Assembly: GCA_963848285.1 (NCBI GenBank)
Contig: CAWKCZ010000007.1
Coordinates: 361,597-425,596 of the forward strand
DNA length: 64,000 nt
DNA from: an uncultured delta proteobacterium
Lineage (GTDB): Bacteria; Desulfobacterota; Binatia; Binatales; Binataceae
Direction: 5' to 3'
The stretch's first letter is position 1. Each line of letters opens with the position of its first letter. Both the position numbers and the translations under genes were made by a program. Below are positions 1 through 11,018 of this stretch, one piece after another. The notes beneath the pieces were generated by a model that saw only the letters and a list, made by a program, of their open reading frames with translations, was not told where the DNA came from and did no database searches.

Positions 1-203
1 ACATGAAAATGATCGATGGCGGCGGCGAGCTTGTAGCCTCCGCGGCTCGCATACTCGGATGCCGCGCCGACCACCTCGATCGCGGTGTCGGCATCGACTT
101 TGAGATCGGCCTTCGACGCGGGCCGCGAATTGACCCGCACCTTGCCGGCCATGATGAGGCGTTGCGCGCCCTCGCGGCTTTCGGCGAGGCCCGCGCGCGT
201 CAT
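1..203 (-). CDS. tlyA: TlyA-family rRNA 2'-O-methyltransferase / hemolysin A, N-terminal S4-domain part; gene runs off the window start
   Basis: Minus-strand translation from ATG at 203: MTRAGLAESREGAQRLIMAGKVRVNSRPASKADLKVDADTAIEVVGAASEYASRGGYKLAAAIDHF. This is the typical TlyA N-terminus and sits in the usual position downstream of xseB. Confidence 0.6.
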   Translation of the reverse strand, partial: MTRAGLAESREGAQRLIMAGKVRVNSRPASKADLKVDADTAIEVVGAASEYASRGGYKLAAAIDHFH

Positions 204-261
204 TTCGAGGTCAAGCCGCGTGCGCATCTACGTCGCTGAAGTAGGAACGATCACCGCAGAC

Positions 262-635
262 TCAGAATGGAATGTCGTCTTCGTCGTCGTTGCCGTTACT
301 TGGCGCGCGCCGTTTTCGCGCGAGCCGGCTCGACGGGCGCGATGTGTGGCACGCGCGGAGTCTCGGCGACGCGCGGGCGGCGCCGGCGCTTCCTTCGTCG
401 AGGCCTTCGTAGGGCGCGGTGCGCAGATCGCCACGGGAGTTGCGGCTGAGGACTTCGACCTTCTTTTCGATCTCGTCGAGCTTCTGATTGAGCGAGCGCA
501 CCAGCGCCGACGCCGCGCTCGAATGCGCCGATGGAATCTTCGAGACGTGAGTTCGCCGGAATCGATCTTGCCGACGATCTCCTCGAGGTCTTTCAATTCT
601 TCTTCAAACTTTTTTGGTTTCGCTGCTGTGGCCAT
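262..635 (-). CDS. xseB: Exodeoxyribonuclease VII small subunit; frame switch mid-gene
   Basis: MATAAKPKKFEEELKDLEEIVGKIDSGELT in one frame continues in the next frame as SLNQKLDEIEKKVEVLSRN. The exact 3' end is uncertain. Confidence 0.6.
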
Positions 636-794
636 CTCACCCCTCTACACTCGCGGCTTTCAGTTCGCGCTCGCAGCTTCCCTCGCCGTAACCGAATCTC
701 CAATTCGTCGCCGACCTCGAACCGTCTTGCGCGTCCATCACGGCGCGGCCGTCGCGAAGATTGGTTACTACCGCATAGCCGCGCTCCAGGCACT

Positions 795-2083
795 TCAAGC
801 GGCGAGGTCGCATCGAGTTGCGTCGCCAGCGAGCCGAGCCGCGCGCGATGCTTCTCGACCACGACCGTGCCGCTCGCGAATCAACGACGCCGAGGCGCGC
901 TCGACCGCCGCGCGCAGATGATGCGCGCGAAGCGTCATCGCCTGCGCCATCATGCGGGAAAGTTCGCGGGTGCGAATGCGCACCTCGCGCGCGATCGCGC
1001 TCGGCGGCCGCAGCCGCGCGACATACTCGCGAATGATGCGGCGCGCATCGAGGACGCGCGCTTCCATCGCGGCGGCGAGCTCCTCCGAAATGTCATCGAC
1101 ATGCGCATGCGCCTCGCGCATCAGCGCGCGCGGATGCTTCACGCGCGCGGCGAGGTAGTCGACGTCCTCGGCAAGGTCGTCGAGCATCTTGCGCATCGAG
1201 GAGGCGAGCGTGCGCTCGAGGTTGGCAACCTGCATCGCGCAGCTCGACCGCGCGAGGGCACCACCACGTGCGCGGCGAAGGTCGGCGTCGGCGCGCGCTT
1301 GTCGGCGACGAAATCCGCGATGGTGAAATCGATCTCGTGGCCGACCGCCGAGACGATCGGAATCCGCGAGCGGAAGATCGCGCGCGCGACGACTTCTTCG
1401 TTGAACGCCCACAAATCCTCGAGCGAGCCGCCGCCGCGTCCGACGATGATGACCTCGGCGCGCGCGTGGCGATTGAGATCCTCGATCGCGTCGGCGATAT
1501 CCTCCGCCGCGCCTTCGCCCTGCACCCGCGCCGGCCGGATGATGACGTTGCAGATTCGGGAAGCGATCGAGCAACACGCGCAGGATATCGCGCAGGCCGG
1601 CGCCGCCGAGCGCGGTCACGATACCGACGGTGCGCGGCAGAAACGGCAGCGCGCGTTTGCGGCCCGACATCGAAGAGGCCCTCGCTCATTGAGGCGCTGC
1701 TTGAGCTGCTCGAATGCGATCTGGAGCGCGCCCGCGCCGCGCGGCTCCATCTCCTCGGCATAGAACTGGAGCGTGCCGCGGGTCTCGTAGATATTCACGC
1801 GCCCGCGCACCACGACCTTCATCCCGTCGGCGGGCTTGAAGCGCAGGCGGCGCTTGGCCGAGGAAAACATCACGACATTGATCGACGCGTCGGCATCTTT
1901 GAGGGTGAAGTAGAAATGATTCGAGTTGGCGAAGCGCGCGTTGGAAATCTCGCCGGTAACCCAGCAGTCGCCGAAGCGCGCATCGAGCGCGTCGCGCACC
2001 AGCCGCACCAGTTGGCTGACCGTCAGCGCCGACGAGGTTTGCGCGCGCGGCGGACCGAGCGCGAGATCGAGCTGCCCCGCCAT
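795..2083 (-). CDS. xseA: Exodeoxyribonuclease VII large subunit; at least 3 frameshifts
   Basis: The N-terminal OB-fold segment (1616..2083), the middle segment [50 protein letters not shown] (1139..1525) and the C-terminal coiled coil (795..1670) lie in different frames. Confidence 0.8.
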
Positions 2084-2130
2084 ATGAGGAGAAGCTACCT
2101 CGAAGCCTCGCGCAGGCGGTAGTAACCACC

Positions 2131-2225
2131 TAACCCCTAACCCCTTCCCCCGAGAAGGATTCCGATAAACGCTGACTTTCTCTTTTCTCCTGATCCCCTT
2201 CCCTTAAGGGAAGGGGTTAGGTCTA
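2131..2225. repeat. REP-like palindrome cluster: half unit at 2131-2160 and perfect palindrome CCCCTTCCCTTAAGGGAAGGGG at 2196-2217 flanked by TAACC/GGTTAGG
   Basis: Read directly from the sequence. The same unit recurs at 7141-7180, 7262-7275, 7795-7830 and 34321-34370. Confidence 0.7.
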
Positions 2226-2900
2226 GCGCGACAGCGCGTCGATGATCTCGCGGGTGACCGGCTGCTTGAAGCGGACGCGCCCGAGGATCGGGACCTCGGT
2301 CATTTTGCGCAGCGATTCCAGATTCGTATCGGCGGCTGGCGAAGAGCGCCGCATCCACATCATTGAGGATCACGCCGACAATGCCGAGGCCGCGGCTGCG
2401 CGCGCGATCGATGCGTCAGCATCGAGGCGCTCAGGCATCCGGCGCGATTGCGCGCGCGACGACGGCGATGTCGAGATTCAGCATGCGCGCGAGGTCGGTG
2501 GCAATCCTTGCCCCACAGCAATCGGCGTCGCGATGCCACCAATGCCCTCGACGATCAGCGAAATCGTTGCGCGCGGCGATCTTCCGGTAGGCTTCGGCGA
2601 TTTCCAGAAGATCAGGGCGGTGCGCGATCCGTTTCCGCCGCGACTGGTGGTGCGATCGCGGCGATCGATAGCGATAGGGACTGATGCAACTCCATCGGCA
2701 GATCGCATGCGGCCGCATACGCGAGGCCGCGCGCATCGGCGGATTCGAGGATGCCATTGACCTCGCGGCATCCGGTCTCGATCGGCTTCATCACGCCGAC
2801 CCGCATCCCGCGTGCATGCGCGGCGAACGCGAGCGCGCATCCGATCAGCGTCTTGCCGACGCGCCACATCGGTCCCGGTGATGAGAATTCCTCGCGCCAT
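2224..2900 (-). CDS. bioD: Dethiobiotin synthetase; frameshifted
   Basis: GILITGTDV...VGKTLIGCALAFAAHARGMRVGVMKPIETG, ...DLARMLNLDIAVVARA and ...GVILNDV...LRKMTEVPILGRVRFKQPVTREIIDALSR* are spread over 3 frames. Confidence 0.7.
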
Positions 2901-3004
2901 CGAGGTCGATTCAATCATCGCGGGCGGGTTCCGCAAAGGGTTCGCGCGCAGCTAGATTGGCGCGCAGAACAGTAGATCGGCGGTTTCCCGTTCGGAGGGA
3001 TCCA

Positions 3005-3537
3005 ATGAGCGCGGCGGGCGTGGCTGAAAAAAATGTCATCGACAGATGGGAGCGGATGCGGGTGCGGCATGCGCACAAGCACCCGCCGGTGCAGAACATT
3101 AACGAGGCGGCGGAACAATCGATGACATTCGGTGAGCGCGCCTCCGATGCGTTCGCGGCGACGATGGGCAGTTGGATAGTTCATCATCATCCAGTCGATC
3201 GATCCTTGCAGATGTGGGTGGCGCTCAACATCACGGCCTACATCGAGCATTGGGATCCGTATCCGTTCATCCTGCTCAATCTCGCGCTCAGCCTCGAAGC
3301 GGCTTATGCTGCGCCGATCATCATGATGTCGCAGAATCGGCAGGCGGAAAAAGATCGCCTCGCGGCGGAAGAGGATTATCACGTCAACACCAAGGCCGAG
3401 GAGGAGCTGAAGGCGTGATGCATCATCTCGAGCAGCAGGACGAAATAATGCTCGACATTCTGCGCCGCCTCGAGGATCAGCATCGTGCGCTGCTGACTCG
3501 CCTCGACACCCGCAATGTCGCGAGCCCGTCGGCATAG
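3005..3537 (+). CDS. DUF1003-family membrane protein; probable frameshift near 3418
   Basis: ...IIMMSQNRQAEKDRLAAEEDYHVNTKAEEELKA followed in the +1 frame by MHHLEQQDEIMLDILRRLEDQHRALLTRLD. Confidence 0.5.
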
Positions 3538-3558
3538 GCTCCTTCAAAAGAAAACGGC

Positions 3559-3583
3559 CGGCGAGATGCCGGCCGTTCGTCAT
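3559..3583. terminator. Bidirectional intrinsic terminator hairpin (AAAACGGCCGGCGAGATGCCGGCCGTTCG) between convergent genes
   Basis: GC stem with an A/T flank on both sides. Confidence 0.5.
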
Positions 3584-3605
3584 TCAACGAATCTGTAGTG
3601 AAGCC

Positions 3606-5034
3606 CTACTGAGCGGCGTCGCCGGCGTTCTTCGCGAGCTGCACCTTGAAGCTGTCCCAGTGATTCAGGATGTCGATGGCCTTCTGTAGCTGGATGTCCT
3701 TTTCTTCCTTGGGCGGCTTGGTCGCGGAGGCTTTGCCGGGCTGCGGATTGCGATCCGCCGCCGGCCGGCACCGGGACCGCTCCTTGTGCTCTGATCGCCG
3801 GTCGGCTTTCGCGTCGGCGCCAGGATGCTGCTTGTTCTGGAAATGTCCGGGCAGATCGCGCTCGTGAATCTCGGGGTTCTCGTCGAGCTGCGCGCCTTCG
3901 CCTTCGAGCGATGCGAGCGTCGGCTTGGGATTGTCGACATCGACATCGGGAGTGATGCCGACCGCCTGGATCGAGCGGCCATTGGGCGTGAAGTAGCGCG
4001 CCGTGGTCAGCCGCAAGGCAGAATGATCATCGAGCGGCAGGATGGTTTGCACCGATCCTTTGCCGAAGGTCTGGGTGCCGACGATGACCGCGCGCTTCTG
4101 ATCCTGCAGCGCGCCCGCGACGATCTCGCTCGCGCTGGCGCTGCCGCCATTGACCAGCACCACCATCGGATAGTCTTCGAAGCCGGTCTTCTTATGCGAG
4201 AAGTATTTCTGCTGCTGATTCTCGTTGCGGCCCTGGGTGTAAACGATCAGGCCGCCGTCGAGGAACTCGTCGGAAACCTTGACCGCCTGATTGAGCAGGC
4301 CACCCGGATTGTCGCGCAGGTCGAGCACCAGGCCCTTCACCTTGCCATGATCCTGCTTCTGGAAATCATCGACGGCCTTTTCGACCGCGTCGTCGGTGCT
4401 CTCCTGGAAGGTGCTGATGCGGACATAGCCGTAGCCGTCCTGGCATGGTCTTGGCCTTGACCGATTGAATCTTGATGACGTCGCGCGCGAGCGTCACGTT
4501 GAACAGCTCGGCCACGCCCGTACGATGCATCGTCAGCTTGATCTTGCTGCCGCGCGGCCCGCGCATCCGCTTGACCGCTTCAGTCAGCGTCATGTCCTTG
4601 GTGAAGTCGTCATTGATCTTGATGATCTGATCGCCGGCCTTCAGCCCCGCCTTGTATGCGGGAGTGTCCTCGATCGGCGAGACGATGGTCAGCACGCCAT
4701 TTTTGATGGTGATTTCGATGCCGAGGCCGCCGAAGCTGCCGCGCGTCTCGACTTCGAGGTCGCGATAGAGCTCGGGCGTCAGGTACGCGCTATGCGGGTC
4801 GAGCGAGGCGAGCATGCCGGTGATCGCGCCGTCGATGAGGCGCTTGGTGGTGACCGGCTCGACGTAGTTCTTCTGCACGATCGCGAGCACATTCGCGAAG
4901 GTTTCGAGCTCCTGGTAGGAGTCGCTGGGGAGCGCCTGCGCGCGCCGCACCGCGACTTCTTCGAGGACCACGAAGCAGGCTATCAGGCAGGCCGCGAGCG
5001 TGATTGCCCATCGATTCTTCTTCATTACTGACAT
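3606..5034 (-). CDS. ctpA: Carboxyl-terminal processing protease (S41, PDZ domain); frameshift near 4340-4440
   Basis: N-terminal part with signal peptide and PDZ (4366..5034) and the S41 catalytic part GLVLDLRDNPGGLL...GSASASEI (3606..4340) are in different frames. Confidence 0.8.
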
Positions 5035-5113
5035 CCGAAACCTATCAACTTATAGAGTTCGAGCATTCAATCTAATCAAAAGCGGGCGTCGTTTGGATAG
5101 ACGCACCGCGCAA

Positions 5114-5722
5114 TCAACTCGCCTTGGCCGACAGCAATTGCTGCAGCGCCTCCTTCACGTCGGCGCGCGACCAGTCGAAGGCGCCCATATGATGCGCGAC
5201 GATGCGCCCGTTGCGATCGATGATAAACGTCTCGGGCACCCCGCTGACGCCGTAGGAATCGCCGACCTTGTTTTCCGGATCGAGCAGGATCCTAAAATGG
5301 TATCCGTTCTTCTCGACGTAGGGCACCACCGCCGATTTGCCCTTGGTGTCCTGGCTGACCGCGAGCATCACGAAGTCCTTGTTGCCCTTGAGCTCGTCGT
5401 ACAGCGTCTCCATCGAGGGCATTTCCTCGCGGCAGGGCCCGCACCAGGTCGCCCATACGTTGAGGAAAACCACCTTGCCCTTGAGCGACGCGAGCGAAAC
5501 GGTCTCGCCGGTGAGCGCATCCTCGAGCTTGAAGTCGCGCTCGCGATGTCGCCGGCCGGCACCGGGCGGCGCCTTCGCTGGTCGCCGTGCTCTCGCCCGA
5601 TGCGTCGGCAGCAGCGCGACCGCATGCGGATGGCTGAGCTCATACTGACGCCGCAAACAGCAGCAGCGCGGCGAGCACGAGGAATGCGCCGATGCGCGCA
5701 AGGGTCTTTCCGCTGATCTCCA
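5114..5722 (-). CDS. TlpA/ResA-like thiol-disulfide oxidoreductase (thioredoxin fold, WCGPC); frameshift after the N-terminal TM segment
   Basis: MEISGKTLARIGAFLVLAALLLFAA (stop), then ...KGKVVFLNVWATWCGPCREEMP...GVSGVPETFIIDRNGRIV in the frame of ORF 5114..6250. Confidence 0.7.
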   Translation of the reverse strand, partial: WRSAERPLRASAHSSCSPRCCCLRRQYELSHPHAVALLPTHRARARRPAKAPPGAGRRHRERDFKLEDALTGETVSLASLKGKVVFLNVWATWCGPCREEMPSMETLYDELKGNKDFVMLAVSQDTKGKSAVVPYVEKNGYHFRILLDPENKVGDSYGVSGVPETFIIDRNGRIVAHHMGAFDWSRADVKEALQQLLSAKAS

Positions 5723-5779
5723 TTTACGCCTGTCACCGCCGGCTTCCGGCTCCTGCTTCCGGCTTGCCGCTAGTGCTCG

Positions 5780-6598
5780 ATGGCGTTCGTCGGCGCCGGC
5801 ACGTGCGGGACGACATACATAATGCGCGCCGATGATCATCATCACGATCGCAATCAACTGCGCCTCGCTGAGACCCATGAAGACCCGCGGATTAACCCGC
5901 AGAAACTCGACCATGAAGCGCGCCGCGCCGGCGAGCATCAGATATAGATAGAACAACTGGCCGGGCACTTTGGTTTCCTTTCGCCGCGACCACAGAAACA
6001 GGAAGATCAGCGTATAGAGGATGGCCTCGTAAATCGGCGTCGGATGGACATGGACGCCCGGATAAAATGCCGACACCAAATGGTTATGGCTGTCGAGCTT
6101 CAGCACCGTGTTGCCGTTCCATCCCACGATCGCGTTGGGATACTGCACGCCCCATGGCAGCGTGGTCGGCATCCCCCAGTCGCCGTCGCCCGACAGATGG
6201 CATCCGATGCGCCCCAGCGCCTGGCCAATCACCAGCGCGGGGCCGGCCATATCGGCAGCGGTCCAGAACGGGACTTGGTAATATCGCGACGACGAAATAC
6301 GGAGACAGCAGGCCGCCGATCAGGCCGCCGTACCATACGAAGCCGGAGCCCGAGAAAATGATCGACCACGGGTCGTGCATGTAGGACGGAAATTGTCGAT
6401 GTACCGAATACAGCCGCGAGCATGCGATGCCGCGCGATCGCCGCCCACACCACCATCGAGGAGGCGAAATCGGTGTTGAGCCCGCGCCGTTTGCATTCCG
6501 AGCTGATGACGAAGTCGGCGGCGAGAAAGCCCAGCGCCATCATCATGCCCGTAGCTGTAGACGGTAATCGGGCCGAGCTTGAAGAGAACCGGAATCAT
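5780..6598 (-). CDS. lgt: Prolipoprotein diacylglyceryl transferase; 2 frameshifts
   Basis: MIPVLFKLGPITVYSYG / LMMALGFLAADFVISSECKRRGLNTDF / ...GCHLSGDGDWGMPTTLPWGV...HPTPIYEAILYTLIFLFL are in three frames. ORF 5114..6250 is an artefactual fusion of lgt and tlpA. Confidence 0.8.
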
Positions 6599-6690
6599 CG
6601 AGATGAAATTATAATAGCGCGTCCGGGGGCGGAGACCAGAAGGGTTCTGTTGCGCGGCAAAGTTAACATTGCAGAGTAGCAGGAGGGATC

Positions 6691-7146
6691 ATGCGGGCGG
6701 TTTTGCAGCGGGTTTCCCAGGCCGAGGTGCGCGGTCGAATGACGACGTCATCGGAAAAATCGGGCGCGGCTTCGTCGTCCTACTCGGGGTAGCGAAGGAT
6801 GACACCGAGAAGGATGCGGCCTACATCGCGGACAAGACCCTCGCGATGCGGGTCTTCGCCGACGCCGAGGGCAAGATGAACCTCGCGCTGCGCCAGGTCG
6901 GCGGCGAGCTGCTGGTGATCTCGCAATTCACGCTGCTGGCGGATACCGAATCGGGGCGGCGTCCCTCGTTCATCCGGGCCGCGCCTCCTGAGGAAGCGAA
7001 GCGGCTGTACGAGCTGTTCCTCTCGCTGGTGAGAAACGACGGTGTTAAGGTTGAGACTGGCGAGTTCGGCGCGATCGATGGCGGTATCGCTGATCAACGA
7101 GGGGCCGGTGACGATCATGCTCGATAGCCGGAAGCAGCAGACCTAA
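6691..7146 (+). CDS. dtd: D-aminoacyl-tRNA deacylase; frameshifts near the 5' and 3' ends
   Basis: MRAVLQRVSQAEV...(shift)...DDVIGKIGRGFVVLLGVAKDDTEKDAAYIADKTLAMRVFADAEGKMNLALRQVGGELLVISQFTLLADT...INEGPVTIMLDS. Confidence 0.8.
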
Positions 7147-7290
7147 CCCCTTCCCCTGAAGTGGAAGGGGGACTAAGCCCAAGCCGTTCTCTGCCTCGAC
7201 CCCGACGCGAATCGTCATACCCTCTCCAGTATGGAGAGGGCCGAAAGGTTGGAGGACAATTTTAAGGGAAGGGGATCAGAGGAAGAAAAT
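7141..7290. repeat. Cluster of short palindromes: CCCCTTCCCCTGAAGTGGAAGGGGG (7147-7171), CCCTCTCCAGTATGGAGAGGG (7220-7240) and half-site TTAAGGGAAGGGGA (7262-7275)
   Basis: Read directly from the sequence; intergenic between dtd and the DUF1285 gene. Confidence 0.65.
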
Positions 7291-7772
7291 GGCGCGCGCG
7301 GGATTCTATGCCGTCGAGTCGGGGAAGATTTCCTTCCGCAGGGACGGCAACTGGTATAGCGACGAGGAGCGCATCGACAATCCGCGCATCGCGCTGCTGT
7401 TCTCCCAGAGCATCAAGCAAAACCCCGACGGGTCAGCTACTTCCTGCAGGTCGCCGAGGAGCGCGCGCCCATCACCGTCGAGGACACGCCTTACGTCATC
7501 AAGGGCATCGAGGACGATGGCAACGGCGGATTCCGCTGATCCTCAATGATGACACGCGCGAGGCGATGGATCCCGCGACCCTCGAAGTCGGCGCCGACAA
7601 CGTCCTGTATGCGCGGGTGAAGGGCGGGCAGCATCGCGCGCGGTTCCTGCGCCCCGCGTACTATCATCTGAGCGAGCAACTTCGAGGCCGATGCCTCGGG
7701 GAGGTTTTTCATACAAATCGGCGGCAAGCGCTACCCGCTGAAATCCGCGAGCAGCAACGATTCCAAAGCTAG
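7289..7772 (+). CDS. DUF1285-family protein; frameshifted
   Basis: MARAGFYAVESGKISFRRDGNWYSDEERIDNPRIALLFSQSI..., then ...ITVEDTPYVIKGIEDDGNGG and ...LILNDDTREAMDPATLEVGADNVLYARVKGGQHRARFLRPAYYHLSEQL in other frames. Confidence 0.55.
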
Positions 7773-7794
7773 TCACAAAATCGCCTCCTGGTCC

Positions 7795-7830
7795 GTCCCC
7801 CTTCCCTCAAGGGAAGGGGTTAGGGGTTAG
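7795..7830. repeat. REP-like palindrome CCCCCTTCCCTCAAGGGAAGGGGTTAGGGGTTAGG
   Basis: Same family as the units at 2196 and 34339. Confidence 0.65.
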
Positions 7831-7852
7831 GTCAGCCGATCCGATCCTCCAC

Positions 7853-8303
7853 GTGGTCCTGGTGCGCCCCGAGATTCCGCAGAATACCGGCTCGATTGCG
7901 CGCATTGACCGCCGCGACACGTATCCGCCTACATCTAGTCGGGCCGCTCGGCTACTCGCTGGAGGATCGTTACCTCAAGCGCGCCGGGCCTCGATTACTG
8001 GCCGCTGGTGGATTTGCAGACCTATGCGGATGGGAGGAGTTCATCGCCGCGCATCCCGATGCGTCGATGAAATTCTTTTCCGCGCGCACCGAGCAATCCT
8101 ACTTGCAGGCGCAATATCAGCCCGGCGATTTCCTGGTGTTCGGCAGCGAGACCAAGGGACTGGGTCGCGAGTTCATCGCGAAGAATATCGAGCGCACCTA
8201 TACCATCCCGATTTTCGAATCAGGCGTGCGAAGCCTCAATCTCTCCAATGCGGTGTCGATCGTGGTTTACGAAGCGCTGCGCCAGACCGGCACCATCCGC
8301 TGA
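7853..8303 (+). CDS. trmL: tRNA (cytidine/uridine-2'-O)-methyltransferase, SpoU class; 2 frameshifts
   Basis: MVLVRPEIPQNTGSIAR / ...RIRLHLVGPLGYSLEDRYLKRAG / ...FLVFGSETKGLGREFIAKNIERTYTIPIFESGVRSLNLSNAVSIVVYEALRQ. Confidence 0.75.
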
Positions 8304-8420
8304 GTTACGCCGTTTCTTCGCGATCCGCGGCGGAAGTGGCATGAGGCGGGATCTTCCGCTCACGCTTTCCGCGCGGCGCTCGAGGAAACCGGAGCATCTG
8401 CCGCATCATTTTGGGTTCGT

Positions 8421-9225
8421 TTATGCGTTTCCGCACCGTGACGATTCGGAGGCCTCTTCCGATGCCTCGCTTGCCGACTCGGCTGCATCGGTGGCTTCGT
8501 TCATGTAATCCAGCTCCTCGGGGGCCTCTTCCGATTTCATCCGCTCCTTGCGCCGCCGCTCCAGGAAATTGAGGCATCGAAACAGCATCGAGTTGATGGC
8601 GCCCTGGTAGCGCAGCATGGTGCTGGCCGACGGTCCGGTCGGAATCGTCAGGATGTCCGAGGCCGGCCTTGTGGAAACAGCGCGCCTGATCCTCCATCAC
8701 CTTGTTCAGATGGCCGTCGAATCCGGCTTTTTCCAGATGCGCCCAATTCCCCGAAGCCGAGATTGTTCGCCACCGAGTGAACGCCACGCCGCCTCGGTTT
8801 CGAAGGTCCAGACCTTGGCGAGCTTCCAGTAACATCCGGCCAGTTGCTGCACCATCATGTGCTCACTCACGGTGCGATGGCTGATACTCCTGCGCGAGGC
8901 CCGCGACGATTTCCTCGAACTCGGCGCGCCGCTCCTTGCCCTCGATGATGGCATTGTAGGCGGCTTTGGCCAGGATGCCGTGGCGGAGCGCATTGAGACT
9001 CGAGCGCGCTTTTCCGTCCGGCGTGCGCGGGCCGGTCGAGCGTTGCGCATTGGCGCGATTGGCGGCGGCCTTGCGCTCGCTGACAGACAGGTTGGGTGAT
9101 GGGGAAGCAGGGTTGGGGTTGAGCATAGCGTCTCCGAGCATAGCGTCTCCAAATGATGAGCCGACACGAATGCCAGGGCGCATCGGTGAGTTGGAAGGGA
9201 GGGAGACGCTACGCGGCGGAGGCAT
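8421..9225 (-). CDS. Conserved hypothetical protein (N-terminal ...ANRANAQRSTGPRTPDGKARSSLNALRHGILAK motif); frameshifted; contains a 15-bp tandem duplication
   Basis: Segments MPPPRSV...AQEYQPSHRE / HMMVQQLAGCYWKLAKVWTFETEAAWRSLGGEQ / ...YQGAINSMLFRCLNFLERRRKERMKSEEAPEELDYMNEATDAAESASE are joined across frames. The duplicated GAGCATAGCGTCTCC at 9122-9151 encodes DAMLGDAML. Confidence 0.35.
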
Positions 9226-9324
9226 CAGGAAAATCGCGCCTCCCGCGGTGAGACTTAAAGTATTTACCTATTCACTGCCGGTGTACAGAGGCCAAGTCCG
9301 TAACGCTGGCTGCGACCTGACCCC

Positions 9325-10187
9325 TCAACCCCTTCGGACTTGCTCCTCGTACACCCGCAGCACCGATTCGGTCTCGGCATCGGCCGGATAGAAAACCTCG
9401 ACGTGAAGGTCCTGCAGCGTTACATCATTCGGGGTCGCGACGGTGGTGACGGTGCTGAACATCCGCGCAATTTTCCCATCCAGCTTCAGCTCCATCGGAA
9501 GAATCAGATCATGCGGCGCTTCGAGGTCGGGTTCACGCCATCGCGTCGGAATGCCGGGGTAGGCGAGGATCTCCGTAATGAGGTCCTCGCAAGTCGTCGT
9601 CGCGCGCCCATGCCAGCCGGCGATAGGCCTCGTTCAGGAGCGACTTCGCGATCGCCTCCCAGTTCAGGATGACTTTGCGCGAACCCGTTGGGATCGAACA
9701 GCAGGCGCAGCACGTTGATACGCGGCGCTTTCGAATATCGTCAGCGGCGTCAGGCCCTCAGGCTCCTTGCCGAGGGTCTGGTGAGAAACCGGATGAAGGC
9801 CTCATTCGCCATCACGATGTTCCAATGACGATCGTGTGCGAGCGCGCTGCGCGGCTCATTCGACTTGAGCATCACCTCGACCGCCGCGCGCACCTGCGTC
9901 ATGCGCGGATCATCGAGGCTGGTTTCGCCATAGACCGGCGCATAGCCGGCGGCGAGCAGCAGGAAATTTCGCTCGCGCAGCGGGATGTCGAGCACGTTCG
10001 AGAGCATCAGCAGCATCTCGCGGCTGGGCTCGGCGCGGCCGGTTTCGAGGAAGCTGATGTGGCGCGCGGAAACTTCCGCGTCGAGCGCGAGGTCGAGCTG
10101 GCTCAGATGCCGCGCCTCGCGCCATCGACGCAGAAGCGGCCCGACGCCGCTGGGTTCCACCGCCGTTCCATTGCGATGAATGTCCAT
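9325..10187 (-). CDS. MmyB-like transcriptional regulator (XRE HTH plus C-terminal MmyB domain); at least 3 frameshifts
   Basis: N-terminal LRRWREARHLSQLDLALDAEVSARHISFLETGRAEPSREMLLMLSNVLDIPLRERNFLLLAAGYAPVY. C-terminal pieces ...LLFDPNGFAQSHPEL / ...DLEAPHDLILPMELKLDGKIARMFSTVTTVATPNDVTLQDLHVEVFYPADAETESVLRVYEEQV are in other frames. Confidence 0.6.
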
Positions 10188-10189
10188 GC

Positions 10190-10878
10190 CTATAGCCTTA
10201 GCAGCGAGCGGGACCTCGCGCGATTACCTCGCGAGGTAATGCTTCGCATCGCCTTGGCGCGCGCGCGCGCCTGCTGCTCCTGGTAGAGCGCCATTTCCTC
10301 GGCCATCGCCTTGGCCACATTGGGTCGCTGCGCCATGCGATCGAAGTAAGCTCGCCACCGCCGGCCATTTCGCCAGATCGAAGCCCACGAATCGCGCCCA
10401 ATTAAGCACCGTGACGAGGTATGCATCGGCGACGGTGAAACGATCGAGCAGAAATTCGCGGCCATCGAGATGGCGGTTGAGGTGCGCGAGGCGGCGCTCC
10501 GCCTTCTCGCGCGCATATGTTTGGCGCCCTCGGTGGCGGTCGGATCGAGCAGCGGGATGAACACCACCTTGTGCAGTTCCGAGGTCATGAAGTTCAGCCA
10601 TTGCTGCAGGCGATAGCGCTCGATGCCGCTTTGCGGAGCGAGGCCTGACTGCGGGCTTTTGATCGGCGACATATTGCAGCACCACCGGATTTTCGGTGAG
10701 CAGCTCGCCCGCATCGGTGCGCAGCACCGGCACCTGACCCATCGCGTTGACCGCAAGAAAATCCGATCCGTCGGCGAGCTTCTTCGCTTGCGTGTCGACA
10801 TCGATGAAGTTGGCCTGTGATGCCGCCCTCGTAAAGTGCGATCCGCGTGGCCATCGAGCATGCGAGAGGAGAGAAATA
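10190..10878 (-). CDS. Glutathione S-transferase; frameshifted
   Basis: MDLYFSPLACSMATRIALYE / ...MGQVPVLRTDAGELLTENPVVLQYVADQKPA...FLLDRFTVADAYLVTVLNWARFVGFDLAKWPA / ...YFDRMAQRPNVAKAMAEEMALYQEQ. Confidence 0.65.
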
Positions 10879-11018
10879 AAGATCCATCGGATATCCTCCT
10901 TGGGAAAAGTTCCCGATGAGACGCGACTTTCTCATCGGCCTCATCGGGAGCGATAAGTAGCCTACTTCTGTGGCTTCTGCGGCAGCGGGCGCCTCGTCGA
11001 CGAAACCGGTGACGGCTT

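Noticed and set aside
3-239. 78-aa + strand ORF at the window start
   Set aside because: The minus strand here encodes a clear TlyA S4-domain N-terminus that fits the conserved xseB-tlyA neighbourhood.
2915-3583. 222-aa ORF on the - strand
   Set aside because: It is antisense to the DUF1003 gene and overlaps the bioD 5' region, and has no recognisable features. The + strand reading is coherent.
5114-6250. Single 378-aa ORF
   Set aside because: It is a chance in-frame fusion of the lgt C-terminal half and the tlpA-like gene caused by a frameshift. It is annotated as two genes instead.
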